A stretch of 64,000 nt of DNA from the NCBI GenBank assembly GCA_035552655.1, contig DASZLD010000038.1, positions 3,165 through 67,164 of the forward strand, in the 5' to 3' direction. The number at the start of each line of letters is the position of its first letter. Positions within the stretch are counted from its first letter, which is position 1. Shown one piece after another: positions 8,745 through 17,492 of the stretch. Below the pieces are notes generated by a model, which made no database searches, was not told the origin of the DNA, and worked only from the letters and a program-made list of their open reading frames with translations. The translations under genes were made by a program, and so were the position numbers. Source of the stretch: Acidimicrobiales bacterium. Its GTDB lineage: Bacteria; Actinomycetota; Acidimicrobiia; Acidimicrobiales; RAAP-2.

Positions 8745-9176
8745 ATGAGAAACAGGAACCACGCATCAAACACACTGGGGCATCTGGAGCTCTTTGAGGA
8801 CTGCACTCCGCGCCAACTTGCCCGGGTGGACTCGCTGCTCACGCAGGTAACCATCCCCGCCGGCAAGGTCCTCATCCGGGAAGGGAAGCTGGGAAGCGAG
8901 TTCCTGATCATCGTTTCGGGTCAGGCCGAAGTGACCAAGTCCACCGGTGTCGGCGTCTCCAAGGTTGCCGAGCTGCATGATGGCGCGTTCGTGGGCGAGA
9001 TCGCCCTCCTCCAGGGCGTGCCGCGGACGGCAACGGTCACGGCCACCACCGACCTCACGGCCTATGTCAGCAACCCCAGTGAGTTCCGGGAGATCCTTCG
9101 GAGCGCCCCCGCTGCGGCCAGGCGTATCGCCGAGGCCTCGAGTCTCCGGTCCGAAGACCTGGCTATCGCCGCCTGA
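8745..9176 (+). CDS. Stand-alone cyclic-nucleotide-binding domain protein
   Basis: Contains LIREGKLGSEFLIIVSGQAEV...FVGEIALLQGVPRTATVTA, which is a cNMP-binding beta-barrel signature. ATG at 8745 sits 6 nt after GGAGG. Confidence 0.75.
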   Translation: MRNRNHASNTLGHLELFEDCTPRQLARVDSLLTQVTIPAGKVLIREGKLGSEFLIIVSGQAEVTKSTGVGVSKVAELHDGAFVGEIALLQGVPRTATVTATTDLTAYVSNPSEFREILRSAPAAARRIAEASSLRSEDLAIAA

Positions 9177-9230
9177 CGAAGACGGGGCTATCGCCGCCTG
9201 ACGAAAATCTGGCTCTCGTCGCTCAACGCG
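9161..9230. repeat. 25-bp-period tandem repeat (two perfect 20-nt cores plus one degenerate copy) at a convergent gene junction
   Basis: GGCTATCGCCGCCTGACGAA occurs at 9161-9180 and again at 9186-9205. A degenerate copy (13/20 matches) lies at 9211-9230. The first copy contains the stop codon of the cNMP-binding gene. Confidence 0.8.
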
Positions 9231-9738
9231 GGTCGAGGACCATGATGTGGATGGGGCGATCTCGGATCCGGCGGCGGTAGGCCTCGTATCCGGCGTACAC
9301 CTGTCGGGCCGCAGCCCAGGACGCTGCCCATTCGTCCCCCTCGACCTCACGGGCCCGAGCAGGGATCACCTTGCCCCGATAGGCCACCTCCAGCTCTGGC
9401 TGGGCCCGCAGGTTGTAATACCAACCGGGAGTGCCCGGTTGCCCAAACTGGGTCCCGATCAGGGCCAGATCGTCACCGACGGGCACGCCGAGCAACGGGG
9501 TCTCTCGGCGTTGCCCCGTGCGGGCGCCAGTGGTGATGATCGTCACGATGGGGATCCCGGTCAGAACCTCGGGGACCGAGAACCGACCGCCGCTGACCCG
9601 GAGCACCAGCTTGTCGATTCGGTGCAGAACCTTGGCCATCAACCACGCCCCCGGCGGCGATGCCGAGACGTGCCACATCGCCCGTTGGGCCGCGTTTGGT
9701 TGAGGCACCTGGTACTCGAGAGCTTGGATCATGCCCAT
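9223..9738 (-). CDS. Deazaflavin(F420)-dependent nitroreductase family protein (DUF385/Ddn-like)
   Basis: The sequence VLRVSGGRF...IVTIITTGARTGQRRETPLL...ALIGTQFGQPGTPGWYYNLRAQPE is typical of the DUF385 split-barrel family. Confidence 0.8.
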   Translation of the reverse strand: MGMIQALEYQVPQPNAAQRAMWHVSASPPGAWLMAKVLHRIDKLVLRVSGGRFSVPEVLTGIPIVTIITTGARTGQRRETPLLGVPVGDDLALIGTQFGQPGTPGWYYNLRAQPELEVAYRGKVIPARAREVEGDEWAASWAAARQVYAGYEAYRRRIRDRPIHIMVLDPR

Positions 9739-9812
9739 TGCCGAGAGAATCTACGGCAACTGACGGCCTCGATCCGGGCCTGCCCCGAAGAGCGCCACTA
9801 CGCTCGCGACGG

Positions 9813-10280
9813 ATGCCTCCTGGAGCGAAGATCATCACCGTCTCTGATTCGACCTACCGGGGGGAACGCGAGGACCGGTCGGGGCCGGCCGTAGCCGCCC
9901 TGTTGGAGCGACACCGATTCGACGTGAGGGAATGTCGTGTCGTTCCCGACGGAGCAGAGCCGGTGGCCACCGCCATCCGGGAATTGGCGGCGGGTTTTGT
10001 GGGTGCCATCCTCACCACCGGAGGGACGGGCTTCGCCCCCACTGACCTGACTCCCGAAGGAACTCAGGCCGTGCTGGAGCGACTGGCCCCGGGGTTAGCC
10101 GAAGCCATGCGGGCCGTCAGCCCACTGGGTCGGCTCTCACGCGGAACGGCGGGAACTCTCGGGCACTGCATCGTGCTCAATCTGCCCGGGTCGACGACAG
10201 GGGCGGTGGAGTGTCTCGAGGCGGTGATCGATGTCCTTCCCCATGCCCTCGATCTGCTCGCTGGTGGCTCCCCGCACTGA
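9813..10280 (+). CDS. MogA/MoaB family molybdenum cofactor biosynthesis protein
   Basis: Contains ILTTGGTGFAPTDLTPEGT and LNLPGSTTGAVE, which are MoCF_biosynth motifs. I chose the internal ATG at 9813 because the longer ORF overlaps the divergent Ddn-like gene. Confidence 0.8.
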   Translation: MPPGAKIITVSDSTYRGEREDRSGPAVAALLERHRFDVRECRVVPDGAEPVATAIRELAAGFVGAILTTGGTGFAPTDLTPEGTQAVLERLAPGLAEAMRAVSPLGRLSRGTAGTLGHCIVLNLPGSTTGAVECLEAVIDVLPHALDLLAGGSPH

Positions 10281-10301
10281 GGACTGATCGGACACGGCCG
10301 G

Positions 10302-10790
10302 TCATGTCGCTGCGATTGAGCGCTCCCACCGACCGGAACGACCGCCTTCCTTCAGCCAGAGGGTCACCTCGTCGAGGTAGGCCTCTGGGTCCGCTCTGCT
10401 CAGTGCGCAGACAATGGTCAGCCCCGCCACCGTGCAGGCGGTGAGGGCCTCCATCTCGACTCCCGTTCGATCCACGACCTCCGTCATGGCCGAGATGTCC
10501 ACCCGACCCTGGTGGGGGACCACGTCAACCTGTACATCGGTCAGCCGAATGGGATGGCAGAGAGGAAGCAGCGCCGAGGTCTGCTTGGCCGCTTGCATGC
10601 CTGCCACCCGAGCTGCTTGTACGGGATCCAGGTCGCCGGGCGGTGCGGCCAGCGCTTCGAACACATCGGCACCGGTGCGAACCGTCCCGCGGGCAACGGC
10701 GCGGCGCACGGTCGGCTCCTTGCCCGTGATGTCGATCATCCAGGCTCGGCCGTGCTCGTCGAGGTGGGGGAATTCGGGGTGACCGGTCAC
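10302..10790 (-). CDS. moaC: Cyclic pyranopterin monophosphate synthase MoaC
   Basis: Contains HLDEHGRAWMIDITGK...LLPLCHPI...VEMEALTA. The GTG start at 10790 forms a GTGA overlap with the mobA stop, which suggests translational coupling. Confidence 0.85.
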   Translation of the reverse strand: MTGHPEFPHLDEHGRAWMIDITGKEPTVRRAVARGTVRTGADVFEALAAPPGDLDPVQAARVAGMQAAKQTSALLPLCHPIRLTDVQVDVVPHQGRVDISAMTEVVDRTGVEMEALTACTVAGLTIVCALSRADPEAYLDEVTLWLKEGGRSGRWERSIAAT

Positions 10791-11446
10791 CGCTCGGGTA
10801 CGACTCCATCGGGGGAACCCCGATCGGCGTGGGCCAGGAAACGGGCCAGGTCCTCGGGTGTGTCCATGTCGGCGAAGCACTGCTCGTCAACGACCTCGGA
10901 CCACACCTCGGGTCCCAACCAGACCACTGGAGTGACGTCGAGCAGCGTCACGAGCGAACGTCGGCCCTCGGCCACCAGCCTCTGGCACTGGTCGAGCGCA
11001 GCCGGACCAAATCGAGCACAGAGGGGTTGGGGGCGTCCGCCGACGACCGGCACGACGGTGTCGTTACCTGGCGCCCGGGCCAACAGCTCGAGCACAGGGA
11101 CCGTGACCCGGGGGAGGTCGCAGGCCAGGACCAGCACCGGACCCGCATGGCCCGAGCCGACCAATGCGGCCCACCCCGTGGCCAGCGCAGCCAACGGGCC
11201 GGCGCCGGGACGATCGTCGGGGACGGCGGTGAGCCCTGTGGCACCCGGTCCGATCTCGAGCACGGGATCGGCGACCTGGGCCAGCCGAGCCGCCACCGTC
11301 TGGGCACAGGTGCGCCCGTCGGCCAGCACGATGGACGCCTTGTCCCTGCCCATCCGCCGACTGGAGCCACCGGTCAACAGCAGACCGGCCACTGGTGGGC
11401 GTCCCCCGCTCTGCTCGGTGCCCACGCCTGTGTCCATGCCCCTCAC
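10787..11446 (-). CDS. mobA: Molybdenum cofactor guanylyltransferase MobA
   Basis: Contains GLLLTGGSSRRMGRDKA...GPLAALATG...LACDLP, which are MobA NTP-transferase motifs. Confidence 0.8.
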   Translation of the reverse strand: MRGMDTGVGTEQSGGRPPVAGLLLTGGSSRRMGRDKASIVLADGRTCAQTVAARLAQVADPVLEIGPGATGLTAVPDDRPGAGPLAALATGWAALVGSGHAGPVLVLACDLPRVTVPVLELLARAPGNDTVVPVVGGRPQPLCARFGPAALDQCQRLVAEGRRSLVTLLDVTPVVWLGPEVWSEVVDEQCFADMDTPEDLARFLAHADRGSPDGVVPER

Positions 11447-11558
11447 GCCTCGACCGATGGTCTGCTCTCCCGTCCGATCCAGTCGCCGACGTCTCGGTTC
11501 GAGCCCCCGAGCGGTCGCGACTCATTGGACCACCCACGATACCGACACCATGGGCCAT

Positions 11559-11618
11559 GGACCGAGTCGTGGTCCGAGTCATGGTCCGAGTCATGGACCG
11601 AGTCGTGGACCGAACGGA
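11559..11618. repeat. 12-bp tandem repeat x ~4.5 in the mobA/modA divergent intergenic region
   Basis: The units are ggaccgagtcgt | ggtccgagtcat | ggtccgagtcat | ggaccgagtcgt | ggaccgaacgga. The alternating GGACC and GGTCC heads are mutually complementary. Confidence 0.9.
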
Positions 11619-11713
11619 GCCGAGGCAGCAGATGCGGTCCCGAAGGGCCCTGATGGTCGTACTCTCGGTAGCCGCAGCTGATTTCTGCCGCAATTGCTTG
11701 TTAGCATTTTGGG

Positions 11714-12637
11714 GTGACGCCGAACCAGGGGGGCAGGCTCCCCACACGAGCCCGTTGGCTGCGCCCGCTCTGCCTCCTGGTCGTGACCCTGGCCTTGGTC
11801 GCGGAGGTGCCGGCCTACGCCAGCGGCGCCACCACATCGACCACCCAGGCCAAGGGGCCGGTCAACGTGCTCTACCCCGGCTCGCTGGTGCAGACCATGG
11901 AACAGGTCATCGGCCCCCGGTTCGACGCCGCCACCGGCTACACCTTCACCGGCTTCTCGGCCGGCTCGGATGCACTGGCCACCCAGATCAAAGACGGCGT
12001 GCAAAAAGGTGACGTCTTCATCAGCGCCAGTCCGGACGTGAACCAGGAGCTCCAGGGTGCGGCCAACGGAAACTGGGTGACTTGGTACATCACCTTTGCC
12101 ACCGCACCCCTGGTCATCGGATACAACCCCAAGAGCACGTTCGCCCACGATCTGAAGACCAAGCCGTGGCCCCAAGTCGTCCTCGAACCGGGATTCCTGC
12201 TCGGTCGGACCGATCCAGCGACGGACCCCAAAGGCAAGCTGGCCGTCACCGCCATGCAACAGGCAGCGAAGCGCTACAAGCTGCCCGCGTTCACCGCGCT
12301 GGCCGCCACCGATACCGGGGAGTTCCCCGAAGAGACGTTGGTCGGTCGGCTGCAAGCGGGCCAGCTCGATGCCGGCTTCTTCTACTCGGCCGAGGCCAAG
12401 GCAGCCGGCATCCCCACCGTCTCGTTGGGCCCGATCAAGTTGTCCGCCACCTATACGGTGACCGCCCTCAACCGCGCTCCTGATCGTGCCGCGGCCGTCG
12501 CCTTTGTGTCGTACCTGTTGGGCAAGAAGGGCCAGGCTGCGCTGGCCGCGCAAGGATTCAAGCTGGTCAAGCCACCCGCGGTGCACGGGTCGACGGGCAA
12601 GGTTCCCGCCTCCCTCCGCTCGGCCCGTTCTGGATGA
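11714..12637 (+). CDS. modA: Molybdate/tungstate ABC transporter substrate-binding protein (ModA/WtpA-like)
   Basis: Has a signal peptide, then the PBP type-2 pattern YPGSL...GFSAGSDALATQI..G...DVFISAS. It sits in operon with a permease-ATPase. The GTG start lies 6 nt after TAGCAT and has no Shine-Dalgarno sequence, so it may be leaderless. Confidence 0.7.
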   Translation: MTPNQGGRLPTRARWLRPLCLLVVTLALVAEVPAYASGATTSTTQAKGPVNVLYPGSLVQTMEQVIGPRFDAATGYTFTGFSAGSDALATQIKDGVQKGDVFISASPDVNQELQGAANGNWVTWYITFATAPLVIGYNPKSTFAHDLKTKPWPQVVLEPGFLLGRTDPATDPKGKLAVTAMQQAAKRYKLPAFTALAATDTGEFPEETLVGRLQAGQLDAGFFYSAEAKAAGIPTVSLGPIKLSATYTVTALNRAPDRAAAVAFVSYLLGKKGQAALAAQGFKLVKPPAVHGSTGKVPASLRSARSG

Positions 12638-14478
12638 CCCTGTCGACACTGCGGAGCCCGCTCCCCTGGCTGGGTGCCCTCCTGGGTCTGTACCTGGTGG
12701 TGCCCGTTGCCGCATTCGTGGCCCGGATCGCCGGCTCCCACAACCCCGGGTTCTCGACCCCGGGGCTCCTGTCCGCCCTCTATGTCTCGGTGGTCACGGC
12801 CACCATCTCCATGGCCATCGTCGCCCTGTTGGGCATCCCCTTGGCCTACATGCTGGCCCGGTCCCGGAGCCGGCTGGCCGCCGTCGTCGGGTTGTTGGTG
12901 CAGCTACCCCTGGCCCTGCCCCCGTTGATCAGCGGCATCTTGCTGATCTACGTCATCGGGCCCTACACCACCATCGGACGGGCCTTCGGTGGCCGCCTGA
13001 CCGATTCGATGGTCGGGATCGTCCTGGCCCAGATGTTCGTCAGCGCCCCCTTCGTGATCGTGGCCGCCCGCGCCGGGTTCGCCACCGTCGATCCCGAGCT
13101 GTCCGACCTGGCCACCACGCTCGGCCACCGGGAAGCGGCGCGCTTCTGGCGGGTGAGCCTGCCCTTGGCCGGTCCCGGCGTCCGGGCCGGACTCGTCCTC
13201 GGCTGGCTGCGCGCCTTCGGCGAGTACGGCGCCATCGTCATCGTGGCTTACCACCCCAGTGTGCTGACCGTCTTCACCTATAACCAGTTCAGCGCGGCCG
13301 GGCTCACCACCACCGAGGCGCCCACCGCCCTGGCCCTGGCCGTGGCCGTGGTGGTGGCCATCATCGCCGCCCTGGCCGCCCGATTTCATCCGTTCCGCCG
13401 CCATCGCGGTTCTGCTCCTCTTGCCTCCCCCGAAGAACCCCGGGGCAGCCCGCGCACGCCGGTCGGCTTCGATCTCGACGTTCGCCTGGGCGCGTTCCAC
13501 CTCCAGCTCGCTCACGCGGCCACGAGCGCCTCCCTGGCCATCCTGGGTGCCTCGGGCGCCGGCAAGTCGATGACGTTGCGATGCCTGGCCGGCCTTCGCG
13601 GCAGCCGGCCCGGGCCCGTTCGCTACGGAACGCGCCTCGTCACCGACATTCGCCCCGAGAACCGCGGCATCGGATACGTGCCGCAAGGCTCGCCTCTGTT
13701 TCCTCACCTGACCGTGCGCCAACAGGTCCTGTTCGGAAAGGGGGCCGACGAGGCGCTGGCCTCGTACTGGCTGGCCCAACTGGGCATCAGCGGATTGGAG
13801 GACCGCCTCCCACGCCAGCTCTCGGGGGGCCAACGCCAGCGGGTGGCCCTGGTCCAGGCGCTGTGCCGGCGACCCGACGTGCTCTTGTTGGACGAGCCCT
13901 TCTCCGCCCTCGACGCCCCGGTCCGCGATGCGCTGCGCTTCGACCTACGCCGGCTCCAGCGCGAGGCCGGTCTGTCCACCGTGCTGGTCACCCACGATCC
14001 CGAGGAGGCCGCGCTGCTGTCCGACGAGGTCATCGTGCTCGGACGCGGCCATGTCCTCCAGGCCGGGATCTGCGCGGACGTCATGACCCGACCGGCCAGT
14101 GCCGAGGTGGCCCGGTTGGTCGGGATCCACAACGTGCATGCCGGTCGCGTCCTTTCTCCGGGACTCGTCCGGGTCGGACGGATGGATCTCGGCCTGGACA
14201 CCGGAGCAGTGGATGCGGGAACCGAAGTCCTCTGGTGCATCCGCCCCGAGGAGGTGCGGCTGTCCGAGGGTGGGACGTACCGGGCCACCGTCACCGACGC
14301 AGCCATCCTCGGCGCCGTGGTCGAGTTCGTCGTCCGCTTCGATGACGCCGGTCTCGAACTTCGCGCCCGGGCGTCCCGCTCGACCATCTTCCCTGCAGGA
14401 ACGCGCTGCGGCGTCGACATACCCCGAGAGGCGGTGACCGTGTGGGCCAATGACCAGGCCGCTACCGATTGGAGCTGA
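12634..14478 (+). CDS. Fused ABC transporter permease (ModB-like) and ATPase (ModC-like) with a C-terminal TOBE-like region
   Basis: The first ~260 aa are multi-TM permease. They are followed by Walker A GASGAGKS, the signature LSGGQRQRVAL and Walker B LLLDEPFSALD. The start overlaps the modA stop as ATGA. Confidence 0.8.
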   Translation: MTLSTLRSPLPWLGALLGLYLVVPVAAFVARIAGSHNPGFSTPGLLSALYVSVVTATISMAIVALLGIPLAYMLARSRSRLAAVVGLLVQLPLALPPLISGILLIYVIGPYTTIGRAFGGRLTDSMVGIVLAQMFVSAPFVIVAARAGFATVDPELSDLATTLGHREAARFWRVSLPLAGPGVRAGLVLGWLRAFGEYGAIVIVAYHPSVLTVFTYNQFSAAGLTTTEAPTALALAVAVVVAIIAALAARFHPFRRHRGSAPLASPEEPRGSPRTPVGFDLDVRLGAFHLQLAHAATSASLAILGASGAGKSMTLRCLAGLRGSRPGPVRYGTRLVTDIRPENRGIGYVPQGSPLFPHLTVRQQVLFGKGADEALASYWLAQLGISGLEDRLPRQLSGGQRQRVALVQALCRRPDVLLLDEPFSALDAPVRDALRFDLRRLQREAGLSTVLVTHDPEEAALLSDEVIVLGRGHVLQAGICADVMTRPASAEVARLVGIHNVHAGRVLSPGLVRVGRMDLGLDTGAVDAGTEVLWCIRPEEVRLSEGGTYRATVTDAAILGAVVEFVVRFDDAGLELRARASRSTIFPAGTRCGVDIPREAVTVWANDQAATDWS

Positions 14479-14484
14479 GGCGGG

Positions 14485-14892
14485 CTACTGGCCCACAGCC
14501 AGCTCGACGCCCACGTTGGTCGCCTTGACCACGGCGTCGGCCAGCATTCCAGGGGCCAGACCCAGTTCGTCGACGGCCTCCCTGGTCACCAACGCGACGA
14601 ACCGGTGCGGTCCCGCCTGGATGTCGACCTGTGCGGCCACGGTGTCCGCCACCACCTTGGTGATGATTCCCGGAAAGCGGTTGCGGGCAGACTGTGCGCC
14701 GATGGGCACGGGCTCGCGAGTCCCGGCCAGCTCCACGGCCAGCCGGGCCAGGTCGGTGCCGTCCACGGCACGACGGCTTCCACCCGAGGACACGGACTTC
14801 ACCCGGCCGGCGTCCACCCAGCGCCGCATGGTGTCCGTGCTGACCCCCAACAACTCGGCGGCCTGTGCGATCCGGTAAGCGGGCACATCCAC
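14485..14892 (-). CDS. HTH (MerR/excisionase-type) plus TOBE/Mop domain regulator, a putative molybdate-responsive regulator
   Basis: The N-terminal part is YRIAQAAELLGVSTDTMRRWVDAGRV. The C-terminal part is SARNRFPGIITKVV.DTVAAQVDIQAG...VKATNV, which is the Mop/TOBE pattern. It is convergent with the modBC fusion, 6 nt away. Confidence 0.8.
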   Translation of the reverse strand: MDVPAYRIAQAAELLGVSTDTMRRWVDAGRVKSVSSGGSRRAVDGTDLARLAVELAGTREPVPIGAQSARNRFPGIITKVVADTVAAQVDIQAGPHRFVALVTREAVDELGLAPGMLADAVVKATNVGVELAVGQ

Positions 14893-14957
14893 AAGCTAAT
14901 GGCTCGAGATCAGCTTGTCGGGATGTCCAGCTCTGGGCCAGGTGACCGGCCTGGTGA

Positions 14958-17345
14958 TCAGGAGGGATCGGGGTCCACAGCCAGGGCGAGCAAGGCAACG
15001 TCGTCGACTCGCTCCGTCGTGAGAGCCTCGATCACGCGTTGGCAGACGGCCTGGGGCTCCACCTCCCCGTCGACCACGATGCGGGCCAGGCGGTCCATGC
15101 TCGCCTCGGCACCAATCCCGCGGTCGTCGATGACCCCATCGGTGTACAGCAGGAGCAGTTGGCCCGGTCGGATCAGGCCGCGCCATTCGGCTGCGTCGGT
15201 GTCGGGTGCACCGAAGGGACTGGCCGGCGCCACCGGGAGATACTGGGCCCCGCCCGCTTCGACCATGAGCGGGGGATGGTGTCCGGCCGAGGCCAGGATC
15301 AGTTCGCCGGTGCTGGGATCCAGCTCACCGAACAGGCCGGTAGCCAGTCGCTCGAAACCGAGAAGGTCCCAGCTCCACTTGAGGGCGGCAACCAGCTCGC
15401 CCGGACTGGCGACTTGGCCGGCCAGCGCCCTCGCCGCGCTGCGGAGCTGGCCCATCATGGCCGCGGCCGATCGGTCGTGGCCGGCGACGTCGCCGATCAT
15501 GAACCCGAGTCGCTGGCTGGGCAGCATGACCAGGTCATAGAAATCGCCGCCCACATTGAGCCCGCGGGTACTGGGCAGGTACCGGGTCGCCGTGCGCACG
15601 CCAGGAATCTCCGGCGGTCGCTGCGGGAGCAGGCTCTCCTGTAAAACGTGGGCGGTGTGGTCGGCCCGCTCAAAGCGCTGGGCATTGGCGACGACCGCCG
15701 CGACTTGCTGGGCCAGCTCCTGGGCGAAGGCCACGTCCGGGCCACCGAAGCTGCGGCTGGCCGACACGAAGGTGATGCTTCCGATCACGTTCTCGTCGGC
15801 GGCCAGGGGCACGGTCAGGTACGAACTGAACTCCAGGGCCTTGGTGAGGAGGAAGTGATCCTCGTCGTGCGTGGTCGACCGCAAGAAGTCGTCGCTCATG
15901 CGGCCCGACCAGCTGGGCCTTCCCGTGCGCACCACGCCGGCGGCCGGATGCCGTCCCCCGACGTCGGGCGGGTACCGGCGGTGGAGCTGGTCCACCAGGT
16001 GTTGCCGGCCGGGGTCACGGTGGCGGGCCACCATGCGCTGGAGGTTGTCGTCGTCATCGAGCACATCGATGAGGCAGAGATCGCCCAGGGCGGCCAGGGC
16101 CAGCGTGGCCAGGCGATCGAGCGCATCCTGGAAGCGGGGGGCCTCGGCCATGACCTTGGCCGCATTGGCCAAAAAGGCGCTGATGGTGGCCAGTTGAGCC
16201 TGTTCCTCGTAGAGCCGGGCCTTGTCGATGGCCTGGGATGCTTGATCGACCACCGTGGTCAGGAAGTCGCGCTCGTCCAGTTCGAAACGGTGCTCGCCCG
16301 GGTAGATGACGGCCAGGATACCGACGCACTCGTCTTTGATGGAGAGGGGGAGCACGGCAAACGCCGTCTTGGCCACACGCCTCGCCGACCAGACCGGGAA
16401 CTTGTCTTTGCCCTCTTCGGGCGAGGCCACATAGACCGGCTCGTTGGTGCGGAACACGACGGCAGCGGGCACGTCCGAGTCCAGAGGGATCTCGTCGAAC
16501 TCACCGTCGGCCAACGGCTCTTCCAGGGTGCGAACCAGCCGAGGCGGCTCGTCGTGGACCAGCCACACGTCGGTCCGGTCGAGCTCGCTGTTGGGCCCCT
16601 TCGAGCTCATGGCCCCGGCCAGGACGGTGGCCACCTCCCCCGGGGACGAGGCGCCGGCCAGCAACGAGGTGATGCTCTGCAACCGATCCAGGCGGTCGGC
16701 GATCTGCTCTGCTCGGAGCCGGGCGATCCGCTCGGTCTCGAAGAGCTGGATCCGTCCCAAGGCGCCGGCCATGCGGTCGGCCACCTGCTCCAGCATGCGC
16801 GCGTCCATGTCTGTAAAACGATCCAACTGGTGGCTTCCCGCGTGCAAGACCCCCAGAACCCGGCCATCGAGGATGATGGGCACGGCGACCACCGACTGCA
16901 TGCCGCTCTCGGTCAAGAGCGGCGACGCCAGTTGGATGCGGGAAAGATCCCCCACCACCAGCGGTTTCCGACTGGCCAACACCCGTCCGGCCATGCCCTC
17001 GCCGGCCCGGATCTGCAACTCCAAGGAGACCTCTTCATCGAGGCCGACCGAAGCACGAGCGATGAGCTCGTCTTGTTGATCATTAGCCAGCAGCACCGAG
17101 ACGGCGTCCGTGGCCAATGCCTCCCTCATGGTGGCCAGGGCATGTCGGAACAGGTCATCGAGCGAATTGCCGCTCATGAGGCTGTCGGCGGAAACACCCA
17201 GCTCGTTCCACCAGCGAGCGACGGACTCGCCCACGGCCAGCCCGGCCTGCTCGGCGGCCACCAACGTTTCGAACTCGCTCCGGGCCGGCCGGTCAGGAGG
17301 ACCGGACACCGGGTCACCACCGGGGGTGTCGACGGGATTCACCAC
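14958..17345 (-). CDS. Multi-GAF domain SpoIIE/PP2C-family protein phosphatase
   Basis: 795 aa. GAF-like segments repeat through the N-terminal part. The C-terminal PP2C/SpoIIE motifs are GGDFYD and IGDVAGHDRSAAAMMGQLR...LLLYTDG. Confidence 0.85.
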   Translation of the reverse strand: MVNPVDTPGGDPVSGPPDRPARSEFETLVAAEQAGLAVGESVARWWNELGVSADSLMSGNSLDDLFRHALATMREALATDAVSVLLANDQQDELIARASVGLDEEVSLELQIRAGEGMAGRVLASRKPLVVGDLSRIQLASPLLTESGMQSVVAVPIILDGRVLGVLHAGSHQLDRFTDMDARMLEQVADRMAGALGRIQLFETERIARLRAEQIADRLDRLQSITSLLAGASSPGEVATVLAGAMSSKGPNSELDRTDVWLVHDEPPRLVRTLEEPLADGEFDEIPLDSDVPAAVVFRTNEPVYVASPEEGKDKFPVWSARRVAKTAFAVLPLSIKDECVGILAVIYPGEHRFELDERDFLTTVVDQASQAIDKARLYEEQAQLATISAFLANAAKVMAEAPRFQDALDRLATLALAALGDLCLIDVLDDDDNLQRMVARHRDPGRQHLVDQLHRRYPPDVGGRHPAAGVVRTGRPSWSGRMSDDFLRSTTHDEDHFLLTKALEFSSYLTVPLAADENVIGSITFVSASRSFGGPDVAFAQELAQQVAAVVANAQRFERADHTAHVLQESLLPQRPPEIPGVRTATRYLPSTRGLNVGGDFYDLVMLPSQRLGFMIGDVAGHDRSAAAMMGQLRSAARALAGQVASPGELVAALKWSWDLLGFERLATGLFGELDPSTGELILASAGHHPPLMVEAGGAQYLPVAPASPFGAPDTDAAEWRGLIRPGQLLLLYTDGVIDDRGIGAEASMDRLARIVVDGEVEPQAVCQRVIEALTTERVDDVALLALAVDPDPS

Positions 17346-17492
17346 GGGGCAAGCCTACGGCCCAGACGACGTGCCGGCCCAGGCTCGGGACCAGGGCCGT
17401 TTAAGGCTGAGGATCGGGGGTAGGGGCCAGAGAGCATGCCAACCGAACCCCACAGATCACGGAATCACGCCGTTTCCGGTGCGAGGAGGCCT

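Noticed and set aside
11559-11618. The 12-bp tandem array, considered as a possible CRISPR array.
   Set aside because: The units are directly adjacent with no spacers and are only 12 bp long. No cas genes occur in the window.
11395-11700. ORFs reading through the 12-bp repeat (HGPSRGPSHGPS, WTESWSESW, RSMTRTMTR), considered as possible repeat-peptide genes.
   Set aside because: They have no Shine-Dalgarno sequence or plausible start. They are parts of very long spurious ORFs that overlap mobA and modA. All three frames and both strands stay open because of GC bias. I treat the array as non-coding.
11619-11713. A possible Moco riboswitch in the modA leader region (CCGAG...CTCGG pairing, in Mo-gene context).
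   Set aside because: I cannot reproduce the conserved Moco-motif core from memory with confidence. The modA start also looks leaderless (TAGCAT 6 nt upstream of the GTG), which would leave no room for a 5'-UTR riboswitch. A covariance-model scan (Rfam Moco_RNA_motif) would settle it.
15648-17423. A 591-aa ORF antisense to the GAF-SpoIIE phosphatase. Similar long antisense or out-of-frame ORFs occur at 25070-26566(-), 28827-30701(-), 11591-12715(-), 35076-36599(-), 55871-57277(-), 50428-51504(+), 27304-28398(-) and 12904-13833(-).
   Set aside because: Each overlaps a gene with clear family motifs on the other strand or frame. Their products are Arg/Gly/Pro/His/Asp-rich low-complexity strings with no recognisable motifs. 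Long stop-free antisense frames are expected in ~70% GC DNA.
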